From the human T2T-CHM13v2.0 reference genome, Homo sapiens, in NCBI RefSeq assembly GCF_009914755.1, contig NC_060929.1: a DNA stretch of 64,000 nt. One strand, 5' to 3'. The notes below the pieces were generated by a model that was not told where the DNA came from, did not search any database, and saw nothing but the letters and a program-made list of their open reading frames with translations. Below are positions 41,830 through 55,755 of the stretch, piece after piece. The translations under genes were made by a program, and so were the position numbers. Positions within the stretch are counted from its first letter, which is position 1; every line of letters starts with the position of its first letter.

Positions 41830-42287
41830 CATCTTCCTACGTTGGCAAATATACCTACAATGAGCTGAAAGGCCAAATTCAATTTTATACATTTCAAGCT
41901 TTTCTGAATTCTCCATCAGAAGTTTCCAGTGCTGGGAAACATGGTTCATATATTCTATTCTCTTCCCACCTTCGGCTCTGTGGATACTATAAGGGACCTC
42001 AAACATATGTGTGAGAATGCCCATCCTGCTCACCCAACCTCTATTCATACTCCTGAAGTACATGTAGCTCACCATCCAGAGGACCCAAGAGGCACTGGAT
42101 ACAGGCCCAGGGCTGATCAGACAGGGAGTTTTAGACTTTTGAGTCAGGTTAAAAGGAGGGCATGGATTCTGGTTAGACAAGACCCCTTGGCTCTGTGGGA
42201 TCCCCACCACACATAGAGAGGCATAACTAGAGAAGTTCAGAGCAAAACCTACTAAAGCATTTGCCTGGTTTAATAGATCTGAATAAA

Positions 42288-43050
42288 TCAGAGACTGCTC
42301 AATGTTCCTCAATATCTATTCTCCCCTTCTGATATAACAATAAACATTTTAGTGAGCACATGGTCATCTAGCTACAGGCTACATTTCCAAGCTTCCTTTG
42401 CAGATAGGTATGACAGTGTGACTAAGTGTTCTGAGGTGATGTGTGCAAATTATGGATCATACCATTAAAGTGGAAGAGCCTATTATTCCTTCCTCTTTCC
42501 CCTTTTGCTGCTGGCTGGTGTATGAATGTAATGGCAGGAATGGCAGCAGTCATTTTGTAACATTAGTTGGATGACTAGAGCAACTAGTTAGCTGTAGGTT
42601 CTATCCCTAATTATTGTTGAGCTATCATTAAAAATACAAGTCCTAAAAATATCTAACCAGGGTCGGGCACAGTGGTTCATACCTGTAATCTCATCACTTT
42701 GGGAGACCGAGGTGGGTGGATCACCTGAGGTCAGGAGTTCAAGACCAGCCTGACCAACATGGTGAAACCCCATCTCTTCTCAAATACAAAAAAAGTAGCC
42801 AGGCATGATGGCAAGTGCCTGTAATCTCAGCTACTCAGGAGGCTGAGGCAGGAGAATCGCTTGAACCCAGGAGGCGGAGGTTGCTGTTAGCTGAAATCCC
42901 GCCATTGCATTCCACCCTGGGCAACAAGAGTGAAACTCCTTCTCAAAAAAAAAAAAAAGAAATATGTATATATATGTCTCTCTCCAGATTTTTCTGTCAC
43001 AGAGATAAAAATTCTTTCTTCTCTAGGCCAATGTTATTTTAGCTTAAATC
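42288..43050 (+). mobile_element. MLT1J-like LTR interrupted by Alu
   Basis: GCTACATTTCCAAGCTTCCTTTGCAGATAGGTATGACAGTGTGACTAAGT; GGCAGCAGTCATTTTGTAAC. Confidence 0.7.
42661..42958 (+). mobile_element. AluSp/Sq-like
   Basis: CAGCCTGACCAACATGG and GGGCAACAAGAGTGAAACTCC; A tail. Confidence 0.94.
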
Positions 43051-43869
43051 TATATCCTACTGTGGAATTATCTTTATAATTATATAATTTGATAAATTTT
43101 TCATTAAATTGAAAAATGTGAATATGAAAGAAAGTCATTGTTTCTTTCATACTCACATTTCATACTCACATGCAAATTAAGGTAAATGCTTTGGAAAGGC
43201 TTCAGAAAGTCTAAGACAAAAAAAGAAGCCATTGAACTGAGAGTAAAACTATTATAAAAATAATGGGAGATGAGGGAATCATGAAAATATATGATGATTC
43301 TGCACTCAGCTTCACAAGTACCTGGAAGGTTTTTCTACACATTAAAGACACTGAAACTAGAAATTTTTAAAAGATATATTACAGGTATGCTTATTCAAGA
43401 AAGAAGAGGCAGAACTCCAAACAGTGGACATACACTCACAGAAAAGGGCTTCAGTTTACAGCTAAGGATTGGCTAATGCAAACATATGTGTATGCTTTAA
43501 GTTAAAAAAGTGTGTAAGGTAATCCTGATTTTAAAAAAGCTTTTGATTAACCAAAGATCTATAGGGCCCAAACACAAGGGAAGGCTTTATTGTACACAAT
43601 TTCACTTGTGGAAATGGCATAAAAAATACATACATTCTTATTTCAGACTGTGGATTCAATCACTCTAAAGCAACTGTTTTAGGATCTTCATACAACCTCA
43701 GACACTTCTAATTATAGATTTCTGCTTGGGGTGAGGTAGACTACCATTTCAGTCAACTTAGTCAAAATATTGGTACTCAGAACCCTTTCTAAGTTTTGTT
43801 TTTGTTTTTTTAAACTAAGGCTGCTTTCTGTTTGTGAAATGCCCAGGTGATAAATCCTATTTTACTTAC

Positions 43870-43963
43870 CTGTTTTGTTACATAGCCCTAGTTTGACGTA
43901 TTTATTACCATATACTAGAAACTGAGCTGCCTCTCTGTTTAAAAGTTTGGGAGAAAAAAAGCT
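43870..43963 (-). other. Candidate minus-strand exon (94 nt, or 65 nt from an internal acceptor)
   Basis: Minus strand TTTTTATTTTTTCCTAG| ... CAG|GTAAGT; motif evidence only. Confidence 0.3.
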
Positions 43964-44534
43964 CTAGGAAAAAATAAAAACATTTTTGACTTGGGAAATA
44001 ATTTCTTTCAAAATGAAAGCTGCCTTTTTTCTAAGGGCCAAAGAAGTCTTCCAAAGATGTGTTTTGAAATAATTTTCTGTTTTTTTCTTATAGGTTATTT
44101 TTGCTATTAAAATAAAATCCCTTCCTATTTTCATAACACCCACAGTTTTCACTAGTTTCTTTTATAAATCTGGCTTACCATATGGTAGATTTATTTAGCT
44201 TGATGGACTTAAGCATGTTTTGAAGATTCACCCACAAATATTCCCTATATCTGTCCTGGATTCCTGGCCTTATGTAGAACTAAATCTGGTTGACTTTTTT
44301 CTGGTGTTTTCTCAAACCCAGAGACACGAATATTTCTTCTAAGAGCTCTGGAATACTAAACCACATCCCCAAAGCAATTTCTTAGCTTGAAGTGGGGTGG
44401 AGGGAGAATCACAGAATCACAGAGCGTAATCAGGTTAAAAAAACTACTGATTTAAATCTCTAACATAAATTTTGCAGTACTGTATTTCTTCACATTATCC
44501 AGTCCTTGTTACTTTAGCATGCATTTTTATTTGT

Positions 44535-44740
44535 GAGAAGTGGCAAAGCATATTGATTAAAGGCATAAGTTCTTAGGTTAAACTATCTGCTTATAAATCC
44601 TCAACCCATCACTTGCTACCTATGTGATATCAGATGAATTACTTACTTATTGCAATCCTCAGTTAATGGCATAATAAGAATCATCACTCACCTATGTTGT
44701 ACAAATGAGAAAATAAATGTGATAAGGTTAGCTCAGGATT
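44535..44740 (+). mobile_element. MIR
   Basis: AAATCCTCAACCCATCACTTGCTACCTATGTGATATCAGATGAATTACTTA. Confidence 0.7.
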
Positions 44741-46662
44741 TTAAATGCAATAATTGATCAGTTAGTACCAGCTTTTTTAGACCGTGAAAAAAATTGATAT
44801 TGCAGAAAGTCTTAATTAATTTTAAATGTTATTCATCAAAAAATTGCAACAAAATGGCATATACAAGATAATGATAATAATGCCAATTCAGAGGAATATA
44901 TGAATAAATTTTGGAGGGATTAAGCAAAAACAAATAGTTACTATGGTGAAGCTATAAGTACTCTTTTTAATGATAATGTTTTAAAGTTAGTTTTATCATT
45001 TAAAACAAGTGTTTGAAATCCAATTCTCCACTAGATGACTCAATAAAATGTTTTCTTATTGAATTATTTTTCTCATTTTTCCTGGTGCAAAACAAATATA
45101 TAAAAGTAGTGCTAAATGAGGACAATCTAATAAGAAATCTCCATCTAGGAGATTTTTAGAGGATATTGCCAGTTGGTCTGAACCTGATATCCATTTCCAG
45201 AAAATACCATATTATCCAGCAAAATATATTATTAGTCAATAAATGAGTGTACAGAAAGAAAAAATGTAGATAATGTGTGATGACAGAGAGCAGAGAAGAG
45301 GAAAGGAAAGAGAGCTCACATCCTGATGTGCTTAACCTGCCTCCTGGGGGACAGCCTTTACCTAGTTCCAAAAAGCATTGATCTAGACCTTTGCAAACAC
45401 AAGCCTGTCAAACTCACTTCCAGCCTTCCTTCTCACCTCCACAGAAACCTACGTGGACTTCAGCTAATAGAACTGTGCCTTTTAGAAGAATGCTGGAAAT
45501 CTCTCATTCGAGTAGAGACACTATATTTTAAAAGACAATTTATTGGCTTGTTTGCCATCAGAATTCAAAAGAAGTGGAATATTATGTACATGATTCTATA
45601 TAAATAGGTTACTAAGAACAGAATAGTAAGGCCTGATTTTTATAAAATACTGAAATTTATCATTTGTAATAATTTCAACAGAACTTAGAACTTACTATAA
45701 CTAGGCCTATAAGTAAATTTTCCAAGATTTAATATTTTAAAGTTTTAAAGTTGGTTTCACATTTTAAAGAGACCACTTGGTAAGTGAGTAGTTCAAATAA
45801 AATTATAGAACATCATATTTAAAAGAATACACACTTTCAAAAACCTTTTATGTTTTAAAAATCCCCATTATAAATGCAAAACAATTGATAGTATACTTGC
45901 AAATCACTTTTATTATTGATGAAAGTATCTGTAAGACTTAATTTAAAATTTTAACAATGAAAATAGTGAACCTGTTACTTCGAGAAAAGACAAGCAGAGC
46001 CTAACAAAATAAGCTCATATTTTAGGATCATGAATTTATAAAAATAAATGGAACACATCTGAGAATTAGTATATATTTAGTCTAAATATCTATCCCTACT
46101 TCAACATCTAATATAGAGTGCTTACTAAAAATTAATATGTTTTACTTTTTGTGAGAGTAGGAGCCAGAAAGAGTTGGAGACACAAATTCAGCTAAACAGA
46201 AAAATGTAGTTAATCAGAATGCCTCAGATGCCAGGCTTCTTCTGACTGGCTCAATGTATTTAATATAATATAATTACTATAGAAATCAATGAAAAGCTTT
46301 TCTATATTTTTTGTTATTTTGGAAGCATCCAAAAAAATTTAGGCCATTTATATGGATGTGAGTTTCTCATAGTTCATGAATACTGAAGTGTCTATTTAGG
46401 AGAAAAAACCCAAAACATTTGAGGGTTTACTAGCAAACAGAACCTAAAACGGTATCAGAAACAAATATTTATTTATAAAGCTATTATATGATTCATTGCT
46501 TTTCTTCCAAAGTAACTATTTAAACCAGGCAAAATAATAAAAGCAAGGGCTAGTAAATAAAAGAGCAAGAAGAATGGGTCCAGGAACTTTGCTTTTGTTT
46601 CTGAAAGTCGTCCATTTGTTTCCTCAAATTCAATTTACAGCAAGTTGTCGTTATTCTATTCA

Positions 46663-46783
46663 CTTTTAGAGATCAGGTCTCACTGTGTTCCCCAGGCTGC
46701 CTCAAAGTCCTGGGCTCAGGGGTTCCTCCAGCCTCAGCCTCTCGAATAGCTGGGACCACAGGTGTGTGCCACGGTACTCAGCA
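46663..46783 (-). mobile_element. FLAM_A-like monomer
   Basis: TTTTAGAGATCAGGTCTCACTGTGTTCCCCAGGCTG...TAGCTGGGACCACAGGTGTGTGCCAC. Confidence 0.85.
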
Positions 46784-47904
46784 TTTTCCACTTTCATCAA
46801 AACGTTTTGACAAATATGCTCTTTGTTATGCATTACAATTAATTCAATAATTATACCTGGAAAAATTAGATTACTAAGAAACATAACCCCACAAAACAAA
46901 GATTTAACAATATATCTTTTCCTATACATTAATAAGGTCACTCTTTTAAACTAATAATTTTTTATTTTGTGCCTCATGATATCCATGTAATATTTTAGCA
47001 TTGAAAAATTCAAAAATTTACTAAGAAAAAAACAATTCCTCATGTAAAACTCTTAAAATATCCTTGGTGGAGCTTTTACCACTCATCATTAAAATTGAAG
47101 CTTAAATATTTATAGAAGTTGTAGAAATTCTAAGTAGACTAAAAGCATAGATACTATGTGTCTAGAATATAAATTGACAAAAGGAAGAATAATATCTTCC
47201 TGAATAGTTTGTAGCCCAAGCAGACAAATGCTAGCTGTGACTCAAATGAACAGTTGAGTATATCTGCTGATTAACTGAAAATGAAGTTACTGAGCTTAAA
47301 TAAAACAGAGGGAGGGATTATCAGAATATGAAACAATCATAGGTGCACTTCACCTTTAATATCTATAGATGGTGCCAATCTGACACTTAAAATTCCCTAG
47401 AAATAACCTAAAAGTTAATAAACATACTTTTTAATCTTCACTAGTCTGAAAAACACATGCGCTGGTCAACTAAAAACGATTTCAGTTCTTCTACCGCAGA
47501 GTCACAAGTATCTTATTAAATTTCATGAGCTTCTGCCATTTTATGTATTAAGGACACAGAGATCTTCACTAGTCTTGAATTTTTGCAATCTTGGCAAAAG
47601 AATTCCCAAAACTAGCAAGCCCAAAAAGGTAATTAATCGTACAATAACTTATTATCTCTTTCCTCAGAGACCAAAGTAAAAAAATCTTACATCTTATTTT
47701 TATACAACCTTACAAAAGTAGATTCTAAATGAGGAGGAAACTTTAAAGATTAACGATCTCTTTTTCTTGATAAGGATGCTGAAACCCAAAGTGATAGGAT
47801 GTTGTCATTCCTCACTGGTTTACAGCAGAAACAGCATTTGAACTCATATTCCTTAGTCCCAAGCCACTGTCCATCCTGAGCGCCTTCTTCGAGTGAGTCT
47901 TCTT

Positions 47905-47982
47905 GCTCTCTCTCTCTCTCTCTCTCTAAATCTCTCTCTTTCTCTCTCCTTCTAGCTCTCTCTCTCTTGCTCTCTCCCTCCC
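47905..47982. repeat. (CT)n polypyrimidine microsatellite
   Basis: Direct inspection. Confidence 0.9.
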
Positions 47983-48126
47983 CACTTCATAGACTCTTGG
48001 GGTTGGGGGGCTTCCTTAGTTTGTCCTTCTTTAAAAACATTAAAGTTATAACTTCCTGACTTGGACAATTCCTGACTTGCCAATATCTCAAGAGTTCCTC
48101 AAGTTAGTTTATTAAAAAGCAAAAAG

Positions 48127-49480
48127 CTTTTTTTTTGTCAGGTTTCTCAATGATCAGATAGTTGTAGATATTTGGCATTATTTCTGCGGGCTCTGGGAAA
48201 GGATTCCCTATTTAATAAATGGTGCTGGGAAAACTGGATAGCCATATGTAGAAAGCTGAAACTGGATCCCGTCCTTACACCTTATACAAAAATTAAGTCA
48301 AGATGGATTAAAGACTTAAACCTAAGACTTAAAACCATAAAAACCCTAGAAGAAAACCTAGGCAATACCATTCAGGACATAGGCATGGGCAAGAACTTCA
48401 TGTCTAAAACACCAAAAGCAACGGCAATAAAAGCCAAAATTGACAAATGGGATCTAATTAAACTAAAGAGCTCCTGCACAGCAAAAGAAACTACCATCAG
48501 AGTGGACAGGCAACCTACAGAATGGGAGAAAATTTTTGCAATCTACTCATCTGACAAAGGGCTAATATCCAGAATCTACAATGAACTCAAACAAATTTAC
48601 AAGAAAAAAAACAAACAACCCCATCAAAAAGTGGGCGAAGGATATGAACAGACACTTCTCAAAAGAAGACATTTATGCAGCCAAAAAACACATGAAAAAA
48701 ATGCTCATCATCACTGGCCATCAGAGAAATGCAAATCAAAACCACAATGAGATACCATCTCACACCAGTTAGAATGGCGATCATTAAGAAGTCAGGAAAC
48801 AACAGGTGCTGGAGAGGATGTGGGGAAATAGGAACACTTTTACACTGTTGGTGGGACTGTAAACTAGTTCAACCATTGTGGAAGTCAGTGTGGTGATTCC
48901 TCAGGGACCTAGAACTAGAAATACCATTTGACCCAGCCATCCCATTACTGGGTATATACCCAAAGGATTATAAATCATGCTGCTATAAAGACACATGCAC
49001 ACGTATGTTTATAGCGGCACTATTCACAATAGCAAAGACTTGGAACCAACCTAAATGTCCAACAACAATAGACTGGATTAAGAAAATGTGGCACATATAC
49101 ACCATGGAATACTATGCAGCCATAAAAAAGGATGAGTTAATATCCTTTGTAGGGACATGGATGAAACTGGAAACCATCATTCTCAGCAAACTATCACAAG
49201 GAGAAAAAACCAAACACTGCATGTTCTCACTCATAGGTGGGAATTGAACAATGAGAACACATGGACACAGGAAGGGGAACATCACACTCTGGGGACTGTT
49301 GTGGGGTGGGGAGAGGGATAGCATTAGGAGATATACCTAATGCTAAATGACGAGTTAATGGATGCAGCACACCAGCATGGCACATGTATACATATGTAAC
49401 AAACCTGCACGTTGTGCACATGTAGCTTAAAACTTAAAGTATAATAATAAAATTTAAAAAATTTAAAAAATAAAAATATA
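48127..49480 (+). mobile_element. Young 5'-truncated L1PA (about PA4-5) with ~68-bp 5' inversion
   Basis: ORF2 C-terminal peptide [14 protein letters not shown]...; 48127-48194 is the adjacent ORF2 sequence in antisense; TSD AAAAGCAAAAAG on both sides. Confidence 0.96.
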
Positions 49481-50165
49481 AAAGCAAAAAGGTAGTCTGT
49501 TCCCAAATGATTTCTGTAATTATTTTCTTAGAAGAAATACTTTTTAATACCATGGTGATACTGTAGAGTATACTACCCTGTTATCTGTTAACCTAGATAA
49601 AACTAATATAATAAAAAAGTGATCACACAGCAGCAAAATCTATATTGGGATCTTGATTTAAACATGTTAATATTTCTAAGAAGCATACAGAATAGCTCAA
49701 CTGTTATTAAACTGTCTTTATTAAACAATCTGTCAAAGGACACCTCCATCTTCATAATTAGAGTACATGGTTTAAAAAAAGAAAAATATCATGTATTATG
49801 TAGACAAATTTCCACTCTTTCATCTGTTATGACAAACATAGTCTCACAAAGGGAGAAGACCCAAGTATTGATTCCTGTAGAAAATTTACTTCATACTGTT
49901 ATTTCTCAGTCTCTGCTGAAAGTAGCTTAGAATTTGTTTCCCCTCTCATAAATTCAGTGGTTTTTAGCTATGGCCTGTTTCTTTGAGGACTTCATACTAC
50001 ATTATTTCATTCAGAAAATGTTTCTTCTGTGTTTCCCCCCAAACCATATATGTATATATATATGGATGGATTACATAAATATATAAATATGTATTTCATT
50101 TATACACACACGGAGAAAAAGAAACAGACTCCTCTTCTACTAAAGGAATAAAATAAAATGTCATC

Positions 50166-50211
<46 letters not shown>

Positions 50212-50494
50212 TGAGGCAGAGTCTTGTTCTGTCATCCAGGCTGGAGTGCAGTGGTGTGATCTTGGTTCACTGCGACCTCTGCTTCCTGGATTCAAGCAGT
50301 TCTCCTGCCTTGGCCTCCCAAGTAGCTAGGATTACAGGTATGTACCACCAAGCCTGGCTAATTTTTGTAATTTCTTGTAGACACAGGGTTTTGCCATGTT
50401 GGCCAGGCTAGTCTTAAATTCCTGGGCTCAAGTGATGTACCTGCCTTGGCCTCCCAAAGTGTTGGGATTACAGGCTTGAGCCACTGCACCCAGC
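50166..50494 (-). mobile_element. AluJ-like with (TTA)n tail
   Basis: Antisense dimer with CCTGGGCTCAAGTGAT; TSD AAAATGTCATC(T/A)ATT. Confidence 0.93.
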
Positions 50495-51360
50495 TAAAAT
50501 GTCATCAATTATTAATACTATATTAAAGGAATTTGATGTTAGTAGTTTTCAAATTACCCCCTAAATGATATGGAATTCTGCTCCAAGTTGATCAACTTGA
50601 CTGATTCTTAGACATTTTTAGGGATATACACTTAGGTTTTGGGGGTTTTTTAAATTTTAATTGTTATTTATATACTTATTTTTTCATTTACTCCTGAGTG
50701 TCAAGAAAGAGATACACACTTATGTTCCATACATACCCTATGCAACCCTTATTTGTTATGGTTATCTAAGTGAAGGTTATGATGATAAAAATAAAATGCA
50801 CAGTTATCTTTGGACAGCATATCTTATACATCTTGCCCCCCCAAAAAAAAAGGAAAAAGAAAAAAACTTGCATAAGCCTGAAACTTGGATTGCTTTGAAG
50901 GTGATTTGTTTTATGTATTTAATAGTTCGTATTAGATCAAACTCATTAAAATAGTATTCAGCATAAATAGTTTTTATCTGGGAAACTGGATAGTTTCACT
51001 TGAAAAATTTTTTGTCGACTTCTTGAATAATCATTTTCACTCAGCTTATAGCATAGATGGCCCAACTTTTAAATTCCCATCCTTAACTTTCCTGCTGTCA
51101 AGACTGCTATAGAGGTATGCTAATGCTATCTTTGACAGTCTAGTTCAGTGGTTCCATGACCAGATTCCTATCAGATGTACCAGGGACACGGAGACTTCAA
51201 CCTACACCTGCCAAATCAGACTATCTGGAGGTGAATCTGCTGCATACCTAGGTCTGAGTATCTCTGATTTAGAACAGACTGCTAAGGACTGAGGAGACTA
51301 AGAAAGATTTTGAGGCTGTGTTAACCTGAAATACTGTATGTAAAGTCCCAGAAATATCTG

Positions 51361-51735
51361 TGAATGGTTAGGCTTTGTGTCACCACCCAGATGTCATCTT
51401 GAATTGTAATCCCCATAATGCCCATATGTCAAGGGAGAGACCAGGTGGAGGTAATTGAATCATAGGGACAGTTTCCCCCATTCTGTTCTCATTATAGTGA
51501 ATGAGATCACATGAGATCTGATTATTTTTTAAGGGGCTCTTCCCGCTTTGCTCGGCACTTCTCCTTCCTGCCACCTTGTGAAGGTATCTTGCTTTCCCTT
51601 TGCCTTCCACCAGGATTGTAAGTTTCCTGAGGCCTCCTCAGCCATGCTGAACTGTGAGTCAATTAAACCTCTTTCCTTTATAAATTACCCAGTCTCAGGA
51701 AGTTCTTTATAGTAGTATGAACGTGGAGTAATATT
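51361..51735 (+). mobile_element. THE1D-like solo LTR
   Basis: ATGGTTAGGCTTTGTGTC...GTCAAGGGAGAGACCAGGTGGAGG...GAACTGTGAGTCAATTAAACCTCTTTCCTTTATAAATTACCCAGTCTC. Confidence 0.92.
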
Positions 51736-52457
51736 TATATAATCTGCCAGTAAGGTAAGAGCAAGAAGTGTTCTAAAGTATGCCAATAAAACTAAAGATA
51801 GGCAAAAGATAATTGATATCATCTAATAATTAGTCAAAGTGTCACTGAAATATACCTGTTTTTCTTCAAAAGATCAAAAACTGTCATTTTCTGTTTTTAT
51901 TGACATATAATACACTTAGAGAAAAGTGGACTTAAGTATATTACTCATTATATTGGCATAAAGTGTACAAACCTGTATAATCAGCCCCCAGAACAAAAAA
52001 AACAGACAATTACCAGTCACCCTCATCATTCTCCTTTCCAGTCAGTATACCATCAGAGGAAATTACTATCCTGACTTTCAAAAGGGTAAATTAATTTTGC
52101 TGGTTTTCATACTTCATATATGAAGTACATTACAAAATATCCTGAGGGATCCACCCTTATGTGAAGTACAGATTTGAACTCTGCTTAAATCCAGTGGCTG
52201 AGTGGACAATGACATTCAGGAACACACAGTGTTCATCTTTTGCTTTAAGCTTATTTCCCTCAACATTATATTTGTGCAATTCATCTATATTGTTGCTGAA
52301 GATGTAGATAATTCATTCACATTCTTACGTAGTAAACATTCAGTGTGTCTATTCACCAATTCTATTATTGAGTGAGATTTTGGTCATTTACTGTTTTTGA
52401 TTACTATGAATAATATGCTGTGAACATTCTAGCATGTGTATTTTGGAAAACATGTAT

Positions 52458-55400
52458 ACTTTTTTGAAATTTTTATTTTAGGTTCAGGAGTACATGTGAA
52501 GGTTTGTTATATAGGTAAATTGCATGTTACAGGGGTTTGGTATACAGAATATTTTGTTGCCCAGGTAATAAGCATAGCACCTGATAGGTATTTTTTGATC
52601 CTCTCCTTCCTACCATCCTCCACCCTCAAGTAGGCCCCAGTGTCTGTTGTTCTCTTCTTTGTGTCCATATATGTGCTCAAAGTTTAGCTCCCACTTATAA
52701 GTGAGAACATGTGGTTTTTAGTTTTCTGTTGCTGGGTTAGTTTGCTTGGGATAATGGCCTCTAGCTCCATCCATGTTGCTGCAGAGAACAGGATCTCATT
52801 CTTTTTTATGGCTGCATGGTGTTTATGTACCACATTTGCTTTATCCCATCTACCACTGATGGACATTTAGGTTGATTCCGTGTCTTTGCTTTTGTGAAGA
52901 ATGTTGGAATAAACATATGCATGCATGTGTCTTTATGGTAGAACAATTTATATTCCTTTGGACACATACCAAATAATGGGATTGCTAGGTCAACTGGTAG
53001 TCCATTCTGTTTTAAGTTCTTTGAGAAATCTCCAAACTGCTTTTCACAGTGGCTGAACTAATTTGCAATCCTACCAGCAATGTATAAGCATTCCCTTTTC
53101 TCCACAATCTCGCTATAATCTCTTATATTTTAACTTTGTAATAATAGCCATTCTTACTAACGTGAGATGGTATTTCATTGTGGTTTTGATTTGCATTTCT
53201 TTAATGATTAGTGATGTTAAGCATTTTTTCATGTTTGTTGGCCACATGTGTGTCTTCTTTTGGAAGTGTCTGTTTATGTTTTGCCCACTTTTTAATGGAG
53301 TTGTTTTTTTCATATAAATTAAGTTCTTTATAGATTCTGGATATTAGACCTTTGTCAGATGTATAGTTTGCAAGTATTTTCTCCCATTCTGTGGCTTGTC
53401 TGTTTACTCTGTTGATAGTTTCTTTTGCTGTTCAGAAGCTCTTTAGTTAAATTAGGTTCCATTTGTCAATTTTTGGTTTCATTGGAATTGCTTTTGGTGT
53501 CTTCATCATGAAACCTTTGTCAGTCCTACATCCATAATTGTATTTCCTAGGTTATCTTTCAGAGTTTTTTATAGTTTCAGGTTTCACATTTAAGTCTTTA
53601 ATCCATGTTGAGTTGATTTTTGTATACGGTATAAGGAAGAGGTCCAATTTCAGTCTTTTGCATATTGCTAGCCAGTTATCCCAGCACCGTATTGCTTGTT
53701 TTTGTCAACTTTGTTGAAGATCAGATGGTTGTAGGTGTGCAGCATTATTTCTGGGCTCTCTACTCTGTTCCAATTGTCTATGTGTCTGTTTTTTGTACCA
53801 GCACCATGATGTTTTGGTTACTGTAGCCCTGTAGGATAGTTTGCATCTGGGTAATGTAATGCCTCCTGCTTTGGTTTTTTTTTTACTTAGGATTGCCTTT
53901 GCTATTCAGGCTCTTTTTTGGTTCCATGTGAATTTTAAAATAGTTTTTTCTAGCTCCATGAAGAAGACCATTGGTAGTTTGATAGGAATAGCATTGAATC
54001 TGTATGTTGCTTTGGGCAGTATGGCCGTTTTAACAATATTGATTCTTCCTAACCATGAGCATGAGATGTTTTTTATTTGTGTATTCTTTGATTTATTTGA
54101 GCAGTGTTTTGTAATTCTTGTTGTAGAGGTCTTTCACCTCTTTGGTTAGCTGTTTCCTAGGTATTCTATTCTTTTTGAAGCTATCGTGAATGGGGTTGAG
54201 TTCTTGATTTGGCTCTCAGCTTGGATGTTATTATTGTATAGGAATGCTACTGATTTTTGTACATTGACTTTGTATCCTGAAATTTTGCTGAAGTTGTTTA
54301 TCAGGTCAAGGAGCTCTTGGGCAGATACTATGGGGTTTTCTAGGTATAGAATCATATCATCTGCAAACAAGGATAGTTTGTCTTCTTCTCTTCCTATCTG
54401 GATGCCTTTTATTTTTTTCTTCTGCCTGATTGCTCTGTCTAGGACATCCAGTACTATGTTGAATAGGAGTGGTGAGAGAGGGCATCCTTGTCTTGTTCTG
54501 GCTTTAAGGAAAATGCTTCCAGCTTTTTGCCATTCAGTGTGATGTTGGATGTGGATTTGTCATAGATGGCTCTTATTATTTTGAGGTATGTTCCTTCAAT
54601 GCCTAGTTTGTTGAGGGCCTTTAACATGAAGGGATATTGAATTTTTATTGAAAGCCTTTTCTGCATCTATCAAGATGATCATGTGGTTTTTGTTTTTAGT
54701 TCTGTTTATGTGAAAAATCACATTTATTGATTTGCATATGTTGAACCAATCTTGCATCCCAGGGATAAAGCCTAGTTGATTATGATGGATTAACTTTTTG
54801 ATGAGCTGCTGGAATCAGTTTGCTAGTATTTTGTAGAGATTTTTGCATCTGCGTTCATCAAGGATATTGGCCTGAAGTTTTCTTTTGGTTGTTGTTGTGT
54901 CTCTGTCAGGCTTTGGTAACAGGATTACGCTGTCCTCATAGAATGACTTAGGCAGGAGTCCCCCTCCTCAATTTTTTGGAATAGTTTCAGAAGGAATGGT
55001 ACCAGCTCTTCCTTATACATCTGGTAGTATTTGGCTATGAATCAATCTGGTCCTAGGCTTTTTCTGGTTGGTAGGCTTGTTACTGATTGAATTATAGAAC
55101 TCATTATTGATTTGTTCAGGGATTTAATCTCTTCTTGGTTCATTCTTGGGATGTTGTATGTATCCAAACATTTATCAGTTTCTTCTAGGTGTTTGAGCTT
55201 GTGTGCATAGAGGTGTTCCTAATAGTCTCTAAGGGTTCTTTGTATTTCTGTAGGGTCAGTGGTAATGTCCCCTTTGTCATTTATGATTGTATTTATTTAG
55301 ATTTCTCTCTTCTTTCTTTATTAGTCTAGCTAGTAGTTTATCTTATTAATTATTTCAAAGAACCATTTCCTGGATTCATTGATCTTTTGTATGGTTTTTC

Positions 55401-55755
55401 ATGTCTCAGTTTCCTTCAGTTCAGCTCTAATTTTGGTTATTTCTTGTCTTCTGCTAGCTGTGGGATTGGTTTGCTTTTGTTTCTGTAGTTCCTCTAATTA
55501 TGATATTAAGTTGTTAACGTAATATCTTTCTAACTTTTTGATGTGGATGTGTAGTGCTATAAACTTCTCTCTTAACGCTGCTTTGGCTGTGTCCCAGAGA
55601 TTTTGGAATGTTTTATCTTTGTTCTCATTAGTCTCAAAGAATTTCTTGATTTCTGCCTTAATTTCATTATTTTCCCAGAAGTCATTCAGGAGCAGATTGT
55701 TCAGTTTTTATCTAATTGTGTAGTTTTGAGTGAATTTCTTAGCATTGATTTCTGT
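52458..55755 (-). mobile_element. L1PA15/16-like, 5'-truncated, 3.3 kb
   Basis: 3'UTR TTTTAGGTTCAGGAGTACATGTGAAGGTTTGTTATATAGGTAAATTG; RT motif [12 protein letters not shown] at 54146-54370. Confidence 0.95.

Noticed and set aside
41728-42312. 194-aa minus-strand ORF
   Set aside because: Non-ATG start, overlaps LTR ends on both sides, no recognisable domain
43143-43171. Short tandem duplications (13 bp here; 16 bp near 62416; 14-bp repeat near 10904)
   Set aside because: Ordinary replication-slippage indels
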